Assembly (NCBI GenBank): GCA_963716725.1
Contig: CAVQUB010000002.1
Coordinates: 160,001 to 224,000 of the forward strand
Length of the DNA: 64,000 nt
Direction: 5' to 3'
Source: an uncultured delta proteobacterium
Lineage (GTDB): Bacteria; Myxococcota_A; Polyangia; Polyangiales; Polyangiaceae
The position numbers and the translations under genes are program-made. The notes beneath the pieces are model-generated. The model was not told the DNA's origin and ran no database searches. It saw nothing but the letters and a program-made list of their open reading frames with translations. Positions 50,698 through 61,314 of this stretch are shown one piece after another (within the stretch, counting starts at the first letter, position 1; the number at the start of each line of letters is the position of its first letter).

Positions 50698-51927
50698 ATG
50701 ATGAAGACCACGGTATTTGGGGCGGCTGCCCTAGTCGGCGCGGGCCTGCTGGCCTCGATGAGCGGCTGTGACAAGATTGAAGAGGCGCAGGGCGCGGTTT
50801 GCTGCACCGAGTTCCAGGTGGGCGGCAACATCTCGGCCGACATCGGCGGGAGCGCCAGCGCGCAGGTGAGCGCCCAGGCCGTGGCAGATTTCGCCGGCAT
50901 CGCTTCAGCTGCCGTGGGCGACTTGACCGCCGCCTGCCGCTCCATCGCGCAGGATCTGGACGTGGACTCGGCCACCCAGGACGCCGCGGAAGCGACCGAA
51001 GACAAGCGCGCGAAGATGAAGGCTTGGTGCACCGCTGCGACGACCGCCATCGGCTCGTTCAAGGCGACGGCCAAGGGAACGCTCACCATCTCGGTAACGC
51101 CGCCGGTGTGTGAGGCCTCGCTCAGCGCAAAGGCCAATTGCCAGGCCAAGTGCTCGGTGGACGGCAAGTGCGATCTCAAGGCCACGCCGCCGACCTGCGA
51201 GGGCGGCAGCCTCGAAGTGGCGTGCAAGGGTGAGTGCACCGCCAAGGCGGGCGCGACGCTGAAGTGCGAAGGCACCTGCTCGGGCGAGTGCACCGGCGAG
51301 TGCACGGCCGAGGGCGGCGTCGAGTGCGAAGGCAAGTGCGAAGGCACCTGCGAGGCCTCGGGCACCGGCACCGGCACCGGAATCCAGGCCGACGGCACCT
51401 GCAAGGGCGTGTGCAAGGGCTCGTGCTCCGTCACCGCTCCCAAGGCGACCTGCTCGGGCAGCTGCAAGGGCTCTTGCAGTGCGAGCTGCACGGGCACGGC
51501 CACCGCGTCGGTCAAGTGCGACGGCACCTGCAGTGCGGACTACGAGCCGCTCAAGTGCACCGGCGGCGAGCTCAAGGGCGGCTGCTCGGTGGACGCCAAG
51601 TGCGACGCCAACTGCGACGCCAGCGTCCAGGCCAAGGCCGAGTGCCGGCCGCCTCAGATCAGCGTGACCTTCTCGGGCGCGGCTGACGCTCAAGCGGCGG
51701 GCAAGCTCCAGGCGACCCTGAAGGCGAACCTGGGCGTGATCTACGGCTTCAAGGCCCGCCTCGAGGGCATGGGCAAGATCGCCGCGAACCTCACGGCCAA
51801 CGTGGACGCAGTGGTCGACATCAAGGCCGCCTGCATCCCGGCCATCATCGCCGCGGCGGCTGACGCCGCCGACGACGTGAAGGAGTCCGTGACGGTCTCC
51901 GGCAGCATCGTCGCCTCGGTCAAGTAA
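50698..51927 (+). CDS. Cys-rich lipoprotein with CxGxC repeats
   Basis: AGGAG RBS; lipobox MSGC; CEGTCSGECTGEC-type repeats between helical ends. Confidence 0.88.
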   Translation: MMKTTVFGAAALVGAGLLASMSGCDKIEEAQGAVCCTEFQVGGNISADIGGSASAQVSAQAVADFAGIASAAVGDLTAACRSIAQDLDVDSATQDAAEATEDKRAKMKAWCTAATTAIGSFKATAKGTLTISVTPPVCEASLSAKANCQAKCSVDGKCDLKATPPTCEGGSLEVACKGECTAKAGATLKCEGTCSGECTGECTAEGGVECEGKCEGTCEASGTGTGTGIQADGTCKGVCKGSCSVTAPKATCSGSCKGSCSASCTGTATASVKCDGTCSADYEPLKCTGGELKGGCSVDAKCDANCDASVQAKAECRPPQISVTFSGAADAQAAGKLQATLKANLGVIYGFKARLEGMGKIAANLTANVDAVVDIKAACIPAIIAAAADAADDVKESVTVSGSIVASVK

Positions 51928-51950
51928 GCGACCAGCACTAGAATGCACGC

Positions 51951-51993
51951 TCCGGCGCGTGTCCCTCCGTGGGATGCGCGCCGGAAGTGTTTT
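51951..51993 (+). terminator. Probable intrinsic terminator
   Basis: Stem TCCGGCGCGTGTCCC / GGGATGCGCGCCGGA (two G-U pairs) followed by AGTGTTTT, 23 nt after the stop. Confidence 0.65.
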
Positions 51994-52043
51994 GTGGCGC
52001 GACGTTTGACGAACGCTGGCTTCCGCCCTACGGACTCGCCGTC

Positions 52044-52940
52044 ATGTCTAGCAACGAATCGCCCGGTCCCGTTTCAGGTCGCCCCATCTCCGAAGGCGAT
52101 CCCGTCCCCGGCGCGAAGAACGTCGTCTTGGTGATGAGCGGCAAGGGCGGCGTCGGCAAGAGCACCGTCGCGGCCAACCTGACCCTGGCGCTGTCTCGGC
52201 GCGGCTATCGCGTGGGGCTGCTCGACGCCGACATGTACGGCCCGAGCGTGCCGACCATGTTCGGAATCTCCGGCCAGCCCATGACCGACGGCAAACGCAT
52301 CAAGCCCCTCGAGCGCTTCGGTGTGAAGCTCATGAGCATCGGCTTTCTGCTCGACGATCCCAAGGCCGCCATCGTCTGGCGCGGCCCGATGCTGCACGGC
52401 GCCCTGCTGCAGTTCCTGAAAGACGTGGACTGGGGCGAGCTCGACTACCTGCTGCTCGATTTGCCGCCCGGCACCGGCGACGTGGCGCTCACCCTGTCGC
52501 AGCAGCTCCGCACCAACGGCGCGGTCATCGTCACCACCCCCCAAGAGGTCGCGCTGCAAGACGTCTACAAGTCCGTCAGCATGTGCCAGAAGGTCGGCAT
52601 CCCGATCACCGGAGTAGTGGAGAACGAGAGCTACTTCATCTGCGACGGGTGCGACAAACGCCACGAACCCTTCGGGTCCGGAGGGGGCGCAAAGGTCGCG
52701 GAAATGGCCGGGGCCCCCCTGCTCGGGCAGATCCCGATGCACTCCAGCGTGCGCGAGTGGGGTGACGCCGGCACGCCTCTGGTGCAAGCGTCGCCGGGAT
52801 CCGAGGTGGCCAAGGCCTTCGTGGAGCTCGCCGATCGGTTGATCGTGCAGCTCGACCGCGACAACGCCGCGGCCGCCGGAGGAGTGCAGATCGACCGCAG
52901 CGGCGGGGTCAACCGGCACTTGCCAATTTCCAGATCGTGA
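52044..52940 (+). CDS. Mrp/NBP35 (ApbC) Fe-S cluster carrier ATPase
   Basis: SGKGGVGKST, DADMYGPS, WRGPM, DLPPGTGD, TTPQ, CDGC. Confidence 0.93.
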   Translation: MSSNESPGPVSGRPISEGDPVPGAKNVVLVMSGKGGVGKSTVAANLTLALSRRGYRVGLLDADMYGPSVPTMFGISGQPMTDGKRIKPLERFGVKLMSIGFLLDDPKAAIVWRGPMLHGALLQFLKDVDWGELDYLLLDLPPGTGDVALTLSQQLRTNGAVIVTTPQEVALQDVYKSVSMCQKVGIPITGVVENESYFICDGCDKRHEPFGSGGGAKVAEMAGAPLLGQIPMHSSVREWGDAGTPLVQASPGSEVAKAFVELADRLIVQLDRDNAAAAGGVQIDRSGGVNRHLPISRS

Positions 52941-53033
52941 CCCTGCGATCGCGGCCTCGTGCTTTTCGGGGCAGGCTCTCATTGGCAGGCGCCAAAACAC
53001 GGGCTATAGGGCCGGTCCCCGATCGGGTCCCTC

Positions 53034-54848
53034 ATGTCCTCCGAGATCGAATCCCCCGCCCCCGACTCGCCGCCGAAGGGCGCTGAGTCGGACAATTCTG
53101 GCGCCGAACCAGCCCCCGCAGCGGAAACCTCGCCGGCCGAGGCCAGTGAGCCTCGCCCCGCGCCCGATGTCACGCCGGCGGACGCCGAGGCATCGGCGCC
53201 GTCCGGCGCGAGCGACGCTTCGCCCGAAGTCGAATCCGAGGCCGGTCCCGCGACGGCTGACGAAGGCGACGGCGAGACCGAAGGCGAGACCGAAGGCGAA
53301 GGCGGAGACGCAGACTCGGTCGAAGCCGGCGACGCCGCGCCCGGCGAACCCGGCAAGAAGAAGAAGCGTCGCCGCAAGAAGAAGAAGCCTGGCGCCGCGG
53401 CAGACGGATCCGGGGACGCCTCGGCGCGCGAGGACCGGAGTCGGTCCCATCGGCCCGCCACTGAACGAACTCCCTTCCACGTCGGCGAAGAGGTCTTTGG
53501 CAAGGTCACCGCGGTGCTCGACACGGCGATCATGATCGACCTGGCCGGCAAGGCCTTGGCGATCTTCGATCGCACCGAGATGGAGGCCGACGACCTGGTG
53601 CCGAGCGTCGGCGATCGCTTCGTCGCCCGCGTGCACAACGACGGCGCACGCGGCGGCCTGGTGGTACTGACTCGCAAGCCGCTGCGCGAGGAAGAAATCA
53701 AGCCGGCCGTCGAAGCGGCGTCGAAGGACGGCTCGCTGATCTCGGGCCTGGTCACCGGCGTGATCAAGGGCGGCGTCGAAGTGGACATCGCGGGGTTGCG
53801 CGCCTTCGCTCCCGCCTCCGGCCTCGATCTACACCCGCAAAACGCGAATTTTTCCGGGCTCGTGGGCCAGCACCTCGAGTTCAAGGTCGTCCAATTCAAG
53901 AGCGGCGGCCGGGACGTGGTGGTCTCACGCCGGCCAATGCTCGAGGCAGAGGCCCACGAGCGCAGGAAACACGCGCTGACCCTGCTCACCGAGGGCCAGG
54001 TCCTGAAGGGCGTCGTGCGCACGGTGGTGGAGTGGGGCGCCTTCGTCGCGCTGCCCGAGGCGGAGAATCTCGAAGGCTTGGTGCACATCTCGGAGGCGAG
54101 CCACGACGCGCGCGCCAAGATGAGCGAGCTGGTGCGACCCGGCGAAGAGCTCGAGGTCAAGATCCTCAAGATCGACGAGAAGGCGAAGATCTGGCTCAGC
54201 CGAAAGGCTCTGCTCGAAGACCCCTGGGCTGCCGCCCGCGAGAAATACGCGACAGGCTCCCGCCACAGCGGGAAGGTGCTCCGGGTCTTGGACTTCGGTG
54301 GGTTCGTCGAGCTCGAGCCGGGCGTCGAGGGTCTGATGCACATCTCGGATCTCTCACTCACGCGCATCGAACACGCGAACGAGGTGCTCAAGGAAGGGCA
54401 AGAGATCGAGGCGGTCGTCGCCAGCTTCGATCCCCGCACCAAGAAGATCGCCCTCCACCCGGCGCCGTCGCCCGAGCGCGCCAACGAGGAACCTCAGAAG
54501 GTCACCCGGGGCGCCACGGTCAAGGTCGAGATCCTCAAGCACGAGGCTTCGGGTCTGATCGTGCGCATCCTCGGCGTGACGGGTCGCGGCGCCCGCGGCT
54601 TCTTGCCGGCAGGTCAGACCGGAACGCCCCGCGGCACCGATCTGCGCAAGGGCTTCAAGACGGGCTCGGTGATCGACGTCAGGGTGCTCGAGGTCGATCC
54701 TCGTCGCGGTGAGCCCAAGCTCAGCGTCAAGGCGATGCACGAGGACGAAGAGCGCCGCGCGCACCGCGAGTACCGCCAGCAGCTCCAGCGCGAAGGCGGC
54801 TTCGGCACCCTGGGCGATTTGCTCAAGAAGAAGCTCGAAGGCGGCTGA
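53034..54848 (+). CDS. Multi-S1-domain RNA-binding protein (ribosomal protein S1-like)
   Basis: Repeated S1 motifs (WGAFV...EGLVHISE, FGGFVEL...EGLMHISDL), C-terminal GFGTLGDLL, long acidic N-terminus. Confidence 0.88.
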   Translation: MSSEIESPAPDSPPKGAESDNSGAEPAPAAETSPAEASEPRPAPDVTPADAEASAPSGASDASPEVESEAGPATADEGDGETEGETEGEGGDADSVEAGDAAPGEPGKKKKRRRKKKKPGAAADGSGDASAREDRSRSHRPATERTPFHVGEEVFGKVTAVLDTAIMIDLAGKALAIFDRTEMEADDLVPSVGDRFVARVHNDGARGGLVVLTRKPLREEEIKPAVEAASKDGSLISGLVTGVIKGGVEVDIAGLRAFAPASGLDLHPQNANFSGLVGQHLEFKVVQFKSGGRDVVVSRRPMLEAEAHERRKHALTLLTEGQVLKGVVRTVVEWGAFVALPEAENLEGLVHISEASHDARAKMSELVRPGEELEVKILKIDEKAKIWLSRKALLEDPWAAAREKYATGSRHSGKVLRVLDFGGFVELEPGVEGLMHISDLSLTRIEHANEVLKEGQEIEAVVASFDPRTKKIALHPAPSPERANEEPQKVTRGATVKVEILKHEASGLIVRILGVTGRGARGFLPAGQTGTPRGTDLRKGFKTGSVIDVRVLEVDPRRGEPKLSVKAMHEDEERRAHREYRQQLQREGGFGTLGDLLKKKLEGG

Positions 54849-54856
54849 GCCTCCCT

Positions 54857-56092
54857 TCACTCCCGCCGCAGCGCCACGATGGGATCGAGGCGCGCCGCGC
54901 GCCGTGCGGGGAAGAAGCCGAAGGTCACGCCGAGCGTCGTGCTCGTGACCAGCGCCACCACCAGCGCGTCGGTGGATACCCCCATCTCCCAGCCCAGCGC
55001 CTTGGCGATGGCTCCGACCGCGACGACCGCAAGCAACGCGCCCGCTGCGCCGCCGAGCAGTGACAGCACCACGGCCTCGACCAAGAACTGGAACAAGATG
55101 TCGATCTCGCGAGCGCCGATGGCCAGGCGGATGCCGATCTCGCGGGTGCGCTCGGTGACGCTGACCAGCATGATGTTCATCACGCCGATGCCGCCCACGA
55201 TCAGGCTGACCAAAGCGACGGACAGCAGCAGCGTGCGCAGGGTGCCCAGGATGCCCTCCTGCCGGCGCCGGAAGTCCTCCTGGCTGCGGATGCGGAAGTC
55301 GTTCTCGGCGCCCTCGGTGAGCCCATGACGCTGGCGCAAGATGGCCGTCGCCTGCCGCTCGACCTCGGCGGCCGAGTCCGGCGTCGTGCCTTGCAGCAAG
55401 ATGCGCCCCACCTGACCCGGCAGCGTGGACAGGAGCTTCGCGCGCAGCGTCGCGACCGGCATCAACACCACGTCGTCCTGATCGTTTCCAAAAGGCCCCT
55501 GACCTTTTTCCTCGAGCACGCCCAGGATGCGAAAAGGGTGACGGCCGATGCGCAGCACCTGCCCCACGGGATCTTCGGCGCCGAAGAGGTTGGTCCTCAC
55601 CGACACGCCGATCACGCAGACCTTCTCGCCCATTGTCTCGCTGCTCACGCCCCACAGGGCGCCGGTCGCGATCTTCCAGCGTCGGATGTCGAGGAACGCG
55701 CGCTTGGTCCCGACGATCATGGTGGGCGTGTTTGCATCGCGCCAGGCCACCTGCGCCGAGCTGAACAAGAGCGGCGCCGACTTCTCGACCGCCGGGGCTT
55801 CTTCCGCCAGCGCGTCGGCGTCGGCCTCGGTGAGGACCCCGACCGCTCGCTCATCGCGCACGCCGCTCTTGAGGGTGTCGGCCGGCATCACCATCAGGGC
55901 GTTCTCGCCCATGCTGTCGATGCGACCCGAGATCTGCTGGGTGGCGCCGTCCCCCAACGCCACCACGATGGTGACAGCGGCCACGCCCACGAGGATGCCG
56001 AAGGCGGTCAGGCTCGCGCGGAGCGGGCTGCGCCGGAGCGCCCCGAGGGCGAGCACCAGCGCGGTCCAGGCCGCTCCGAAGACCCTACTCAT
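54857..56092 (-). CDS. MacB-like ABC permease
   Basis: VGGIGVMNIMLVSVTERTREIGIRLAIGA, PARRAARLDPIVALR. Confidence 0.93.
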   Translation of the reverse strand: MSRVFGAAWTALVLALGALRRSPLRASLTAFGILVGVAAVTIVVALGDGATQQISGRIDSMGENALMVMPADTLKSGVRDERAVGVLTEADADALAEEAPAVEKSAPLLFSSAQVAWRDANTPTMIVGTKRAFLDIRRWKIATGALWGVSSETMGEKVCVIGVSVRTNLFGAEDPVGQVLRIGRHPFRILGVLEEKGQGPFGNDQDDVVLMPVATLRAKLLSTLPGQVGRILLQGTTPDSAAEVERQATAILRQRHGLTEGAENDFRIRSQEDFRRRQEGILGTLRTLLLSVALVSLIVGGIGVMNIMLVSVTERTREIGIRLAIGAREIDILFQFLVEAVVLSLLGGAAGALLAVVAVGAIAKALGWEMGVSTDALVVALVTSTTLGVTFGFFPARRAARLDPIVALRRE

Positions 56093-57304
56093 GGCGCAAC
56101 GCCTCGATGGGATCGAGGTGGGCGGCGCGACGCGCGGGCCAGAAGCCAAAGGTGAGCCCGATGGCGATGCTCGTCCCCAGCGCCACCGCGATGGCCGACC
56201 CGCTGAGCTGCATCGGAAAGCCTAGGTCCTTGGCGAACCCCAGCATCAGCCCGGCCGCCATCGCTATCCCGGCCAAGCCGCCGAACAGGGTCAGCGCGAT
56301 GGATTCCAGCAGGAACTGCCCTTGGATGTCGGCTGGCTTCGCCCCGATGGCCATGCGGATACCGATCTCGCGGGTGCGCTCGGTCACGCCCACCAGCATG
56401 ATGTTCATCACGCCAACGCCGCCCACCAAGAGCGAGATGGCGGCCACCGAGAGCAAGAGCACGGTGAGCACCGTGAAGATGCCCTCCTGCATCTTCTGAA
56501 ACTCCTGCTGCGAACCGATGCGAAAGTCCGGCTCCTCACCCTCGGCGATTTGGTGTCGCTGCATCAAGATTTGCCGCACCTGCCGCTCCGCTTCCGACGA
56601 ATGCTCGGCGCTCTTCGCCGACGCCATCACCAGTTGCACGCGGTCGCCCAGCGTCGGCACCACCCGCGAGCGCCAGGTCCCGATGGGGATCAGGATGCGG
56701 TCGTCCTGATCCTCGAAAGGAGACTGCCCCTTGGAGCGCAGCGTGCCGATGATCCGGAACGGGTGCTTGCCGACCCGAACGTAGCGGCCGATGGGGTCTT
56801 GATTGCCGAACAGCTTCTCCTGGGCAGTAGTGGCGATCAACGCGACTTTGGCCTTGGTCTGCGCCTCGCTCTCGTTGAAGCTCCTCCCAGACTCGACCTC
56901 GTAGCCGCGCACTTCGAAGTAGCTCTCGTCGACCCCCATCACTCCGATCTTGCCGTTGCCGAGCTCGCTGGCCACCTGGGCCTTGACCTCGGAGTAGACG
57001 GTGACCGCGGTCACGGCGGTGGCCTCGCGGCGGATCACCGCGGCGTCACGCTCGGTGAGGCCCATGCCCATGTTGGCTCGGGACTTTGCGCCGCTCTTGG
57101 TCGCCGGCTGCGAGAAGATGAAGATGACGTTGGAGCCGAGGCTCTGGATCTGCTTGTCGATCTCGCCCCGGGCGCCAGAGCCGAGGGCGGCCACGAGCAC
57201 CACCGCGGCCACTCCGATGGCAATGCCCACCGAGGTGAGGGCCGAACGAAGCCGCTGCCGCAGCATGGCGACAATCGCCATTCTCAGCGACGTCGCCAGG
57301 GCGT

Positions 57305-57308
<4 letters not shown>
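56085..57308 (-). CDS. MacB-like ABC permease
   Basis: VGGVGVMNIMLVGVTERTREIGIRMAIGA, PARRAAHLDPIEALR. Confidence 0.93.
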
Positions 57309-58030
<722 letters not shown>

Positions 58031-58035
58031 GCGCC

Positions 58036-59334
58036 TCAGAACATGCCGAAGCGTTTCGGCTTCTTCTCTTCGCGTTGCTCGATCACGACGGCCTCGCCGG
58101 CAGCGAGCCCCGCCGGATCGACCAGTTCGGTCCAGACACCGTCCGTGATACCGACACCGACCACGCGATCTTCGACCGTCTCCGCGCCGCGGGCGCCGCC
58201 GGATACGCGATAGATCCGCCCCTTGCCCGGGTCGAGGGGCGGCGGCGGCTTCACCGGCTTGGGTTTGCCTTCCGCGTCCTTCTCGGGGAGCGGCCGGAAG
58301 CGCAGCGCCGCGTTGCGCACAGCCAGGGCGCCCTTGGCTTCGCGGGTGCGCACGGTGACGGTCGCGGTCATGCCGGGCCGCAGCTTCAGCTCGGGGTTGC
58401 CGACCTCGATCACCGCCGAGTAGGTCACCACTCCCTGGACGTTGTTGGGGCTGAAGCGGACCTGGGTGACGGTGCCTTGGAATTTCTGACCCACGAAGGC
58501 GTCGACCACCACCTCGGCCTTCATCTGCTCGCGGATCTTGCCAACGTCGGCCTCGTCGATCTCGGCGAGCACCTGCATCTTCGACAGGTCTTGCGCGATC
58601 ACGAACAGCACCGGCGCTGCGAAGCTCGCCGCCACGGTCTGCCCAGGATCGATGGCTCGATTGACCACCACGCCATCGATAGGCGAGAAGATGCGAGCAT
58701 AAGCCAGCGTCGTGCGCGCTCCGGACAGCTGCGCGCGGATCTGAGAGATCTGCGCCGCGGCGGCGGCAACGTCGGCTTCCGCGACGTCGTGCTCCCCCTG
58801 CGCTTGTTCGACGTCCGCCGGGCTGGCGATGCCCTCTGCCTTCAACCCCTGCAGGCGCTTCAGCGCCGCCTTTGCAGTCACGAGGCGAGCCGCGGAGCGT
58901 TTCGCATTCGCCTGAGCGGCCTTCAGCTGGGCGCCGCTCTGGCTCACCTGCGCCCCGTAGAGTGTCGGATCGATCTCGGCCAAGAGGTCGCCCTTCTTGA
59001 CCGTGCTGTTGAAGTCCACGTGCACCTTCACGATGCGTCCGGAGACCTGTGCGCCCACCTGCACCTCGGTCAGCGGCTTCACGCTGCCGGTGGACTGGAC
59101 TTGCTCCACGACCTCACGCTGCTCCAGCACCTCACTGGCGAAGCGCGGCGCCGGTGGGGGCTCCGTCGCGCGGCGGTACGCACCGATGCCGACGACGGCC
59201 GCGACGAGCACCACCAGCACCACCACCCGGCGGAGCCAGCGCCGGGCACCTTCGGCGCGGAGCTGCTTCTCGAGATCGCGGACCGCGTCGCTCACGACCC
59301 CGGGCTGCGTACCGTTCTGGGACTCATCGCTCAT
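58036..59334 (-). CDS. Efflux periplasmic adaptor subunit (MacA-like)
   Basis: VQVGAQVSG, SPIDGVV, GQTVAASF, LRPGMTA. Confidence 0.93.
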   Translation of the reverse strand: MSDESQNGTQPGVVSDAVRDLEKQLRAEGARRWLRRVVVLVVLVAAVVGIGAYRRATEPPPAPRFASEVLEQREVVEQVQSTGSVKPLTEVQVGAQVSGRIVKVHVDFNSTVKKGDLLAEIDPTLYGAQVSQSGAQLKAAQANAKRSAARLVTAKAALKRLQGLKAEGIASPADVEQAQGEHDVAEADVAAAAAQISQIRAQLSGARTTLAYARIFSPIDGVVVNRAIDPGQTVAASFAAPVLFVIAQDLSKMQVLAEIDEADVGKIREQMKAEVVVDAFVGQKFQGTVTQVRFSPNNVQGVVTYSAVIEVGNPELKLRPGMTATVTVRTREAKGALAVRNAALRFRPLPEKDAEGKPKPVKPPPPLDPGKGRIYRVSGGARGAETVEDRVVGVGITDGVWTELVDPAGLAAGEAVVIEQREEKKPKRFGMF

Positions 59335-59568
59335 GGGCAGGGCGCCCAGGGTATAGCGCTGGAGGCGACGGGCGGGCGCCAAAGCCCAGGCGCAGGCGCG
59401 CTTCATCTGTATTTCTCTCGTGATCTCAAGGGCTTGGCAGAAGCGACGGGAGAGGCCAAGGCCACACGCCGGCGGTTTGTCCAAGCGCTTGGTGTTGAAC
59501 TATCGTGACCCGTCGTCTTCGCCTTTGCCCGACTCGTTGTTCGGCCAAGGACACCCGCCGGGATCGGC

Positions 59569-60159
59569 ATGTCTCAAAAGAGTGACCGCGAGCTGGTGGA
59601 AGCGGCCCGAAAGGGCGATAGCGAGGCGTTCGGCGTTCTGGTCCGACGCCACCAAAAGCGCATCTACCGCCTCGCCGCCCACCTGTTGCGCGACGGAGCG
59701 GAAGCTGAAGACGTGACTCAAGACACATTCGTCCGGGCGTACGCTGCGCTCGACCGCTTCGACGGCCGTAGCGAGGCGTTTACTTGGATGTATCGGATCG
59801 CCGTGAATCTTTCTTTGAACGCCATTCGCTCGCGCAAGACGAGCCGCAAAGCGACGACGCCGGACGACCCGCGCATCGAAGGCCTCTTGGCCGACAAGAA
59901 GAGCGTCGAGGCAGATCCGGCCCGTCTCGCGGCCGACCGACAGGCAGCGCGGGCCCTGGCCGAAGGCGTCGATCGGCTGAGCGAGACGCTGCGCACGACT
60001 CTGATCTTGGTGGGAGTCGACGGCCTCTCGCACGCCGAGGCCGCCGCTGTACTCGGCTGCCCCGAAGGCACCATCGCTTGGCGCGTGCACGAGGCACGCA
60101 AGAAGCTCCGGGCCCACCTCGAGCAGGCGGGCTACTCTGATGAATCGGGCGACTCATGA
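59569..60159 (+). CDS. ECF RNA polymerase sigma-70 factor
   Basis: AEDVTQDTFVRAY, FTWMYRIAVN, GCPEGTIAWRVHEARKKL. Confidence 0.93.
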   Translation: MSQKSDRELVEAARKGDSEAFGVLVRRHQKRIYRLAAHLLRDGAEAEDVTQDTFVRAYAALDRFDGRSEAFTWMYRIAVNLSLNAIRSRKTSRKATTPDDPRIEGLLADKKSVEADPARLAADRQAARALAEGVDRLSETLRTTLILVGVDGLSHAEAAAVLGCPEGTIAWRVHEARKKLRAHLEQAGYSDESGDS

Positions 60160-61310
60160 GCAAACCAGACTCAGAAGCGCGGCTGCCAGGTTCCTTCGAC
60201 GCGATGTTGAAGGACTGGCGCATCCCCGAACGCGACGCTGCGTCCTGGGACACCGGTGCCGAGAAGGTCATGGACCGGCTCGAGAACGCATCGGCCGAGG
60301 GCGGTACGGATGTCGCGCTGCTGTCGGCACCGCTGCCCGCGGAGCGCGGCGAGCCCGGATTCAGCGACGAAGCCAGGGGAGACGAGCCGCCACCTCGCAG
60401 CCTGGCCGAGCTCGCACGCATGAGCTTGGCCGCGGGCCCCGCCGATGACGGCGCCGCCGATCTCGCCAAAGAGAGCTTCTCGCTCTCGACCAGCGCGCGA
60501 GCGAGCGCACCAGCCATCGCGGAGCAGGCGCGCACGAGCGCGTCCGCCATGGACCTGTCCGCGGCCGATCGACACAGCGCCGCCCCAGCCGGCCCCGCGG
60601 CTCCCATTCACGCCCTTGCCACCCGTGGTCCGCCGCGATCGGCAGCGGGCCCCCTGGTCATGGCGGGCATCGGGCTGCTTGGTCTCGCGGCCGCCGCCAC
60701 CATCGTTTTCCGCGCCCAGCGCCACGACGCGCCAGTCTCGGTGGCCGCGGCGCCGCCGAGCGCCGCGCCGGTGGCAATGGCAGCTCCCGCGGCAACGAGC
60801 ACGCGCGCCGACGGGGTCGTCAGCATCGATGATCTCGCTCTGAAGGCTGCAGGCGAGTCGCCGGCGGCTGCCCCCGGCGGTGAGAAAGCCGCGCTCAAGG
60901 GCGGTGCCGTCGAGACGAAACCCGCCGAGCCCTCCGCCGCCGCCGGAGCAAAACCCGAGCCCGCCCCGGAGCCCGTCGCCAAGGCCGAAGACAAGAAGGA
61001 CGACGAGGCGGCGAAGCTGATGAAGCCCGCGGCCACCGCCGGTGATCTTCCTGACAAACCTTCCACCGGCGCTGTCCAAGCGGCCATCGGCTCGGTCATG
61101 GGCTCCGCCCGCGCGTGTGTCGCGGGTCACGACGAGGCGTCCCGGGCCACCATCAACTTCGGCTCCGACGGCCGCGTGCAGAGCGTTGCGGTCTCGGGCA
61201 AGGCCGCCGGCACGCCGGCCGAGTCCTGCATCCGAGCGGCGCTGAGCAAGGCCCGGGTCCAGCCCTTCGCTCGGCCGAGCTTCGGCGTCGGCGCCACGGT
61301 TCGGCCCTAG
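60156..61310 (+). CDS. Single-TM protein with C-terminal TonB-C/AgmX-like domain; candidate anti-sigma factor
   Basis: Coupled to the ECF gene (ATGA); TM helix, Pro/Ala linker, tail ARAC...FGSDGRVQSV...ESCIRAAL. Confidence 0.7.
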   Translation: MSKPDSEARLPGSFDAMLKDWRIPERDAASWDTGAEKVMDRLENASAEGGTDVALLSAPLPAERGEPGFSDEARGDEPPPRSLAELARMSLAAGPADDGAADLAKESFSLSTSARASAPAIAEQARTSASAMDLSAADRHSAAPAGPAAPIHALATRGPPRSAAGPLVMAGIGLLGLAAAATIVFRAQRHDAPVSVAAAPPSAAPVAMAAPAATSTRADGVVSIDDLALKAAGESPAAAPGGEKAALKGGAVETKPAEPSAAAGAKPEPAPEPVAKAEDKKDDEAAKLMKPAATAGDLPDKPSTGAVQAAIGSVMGSARACVAGHDEASRATINFGSDGRVQSVAVSGKAAGTPAESCIRAALSKARVQPFARPSFGVGATVRP

Positions 61311-61314
61311 TGAG

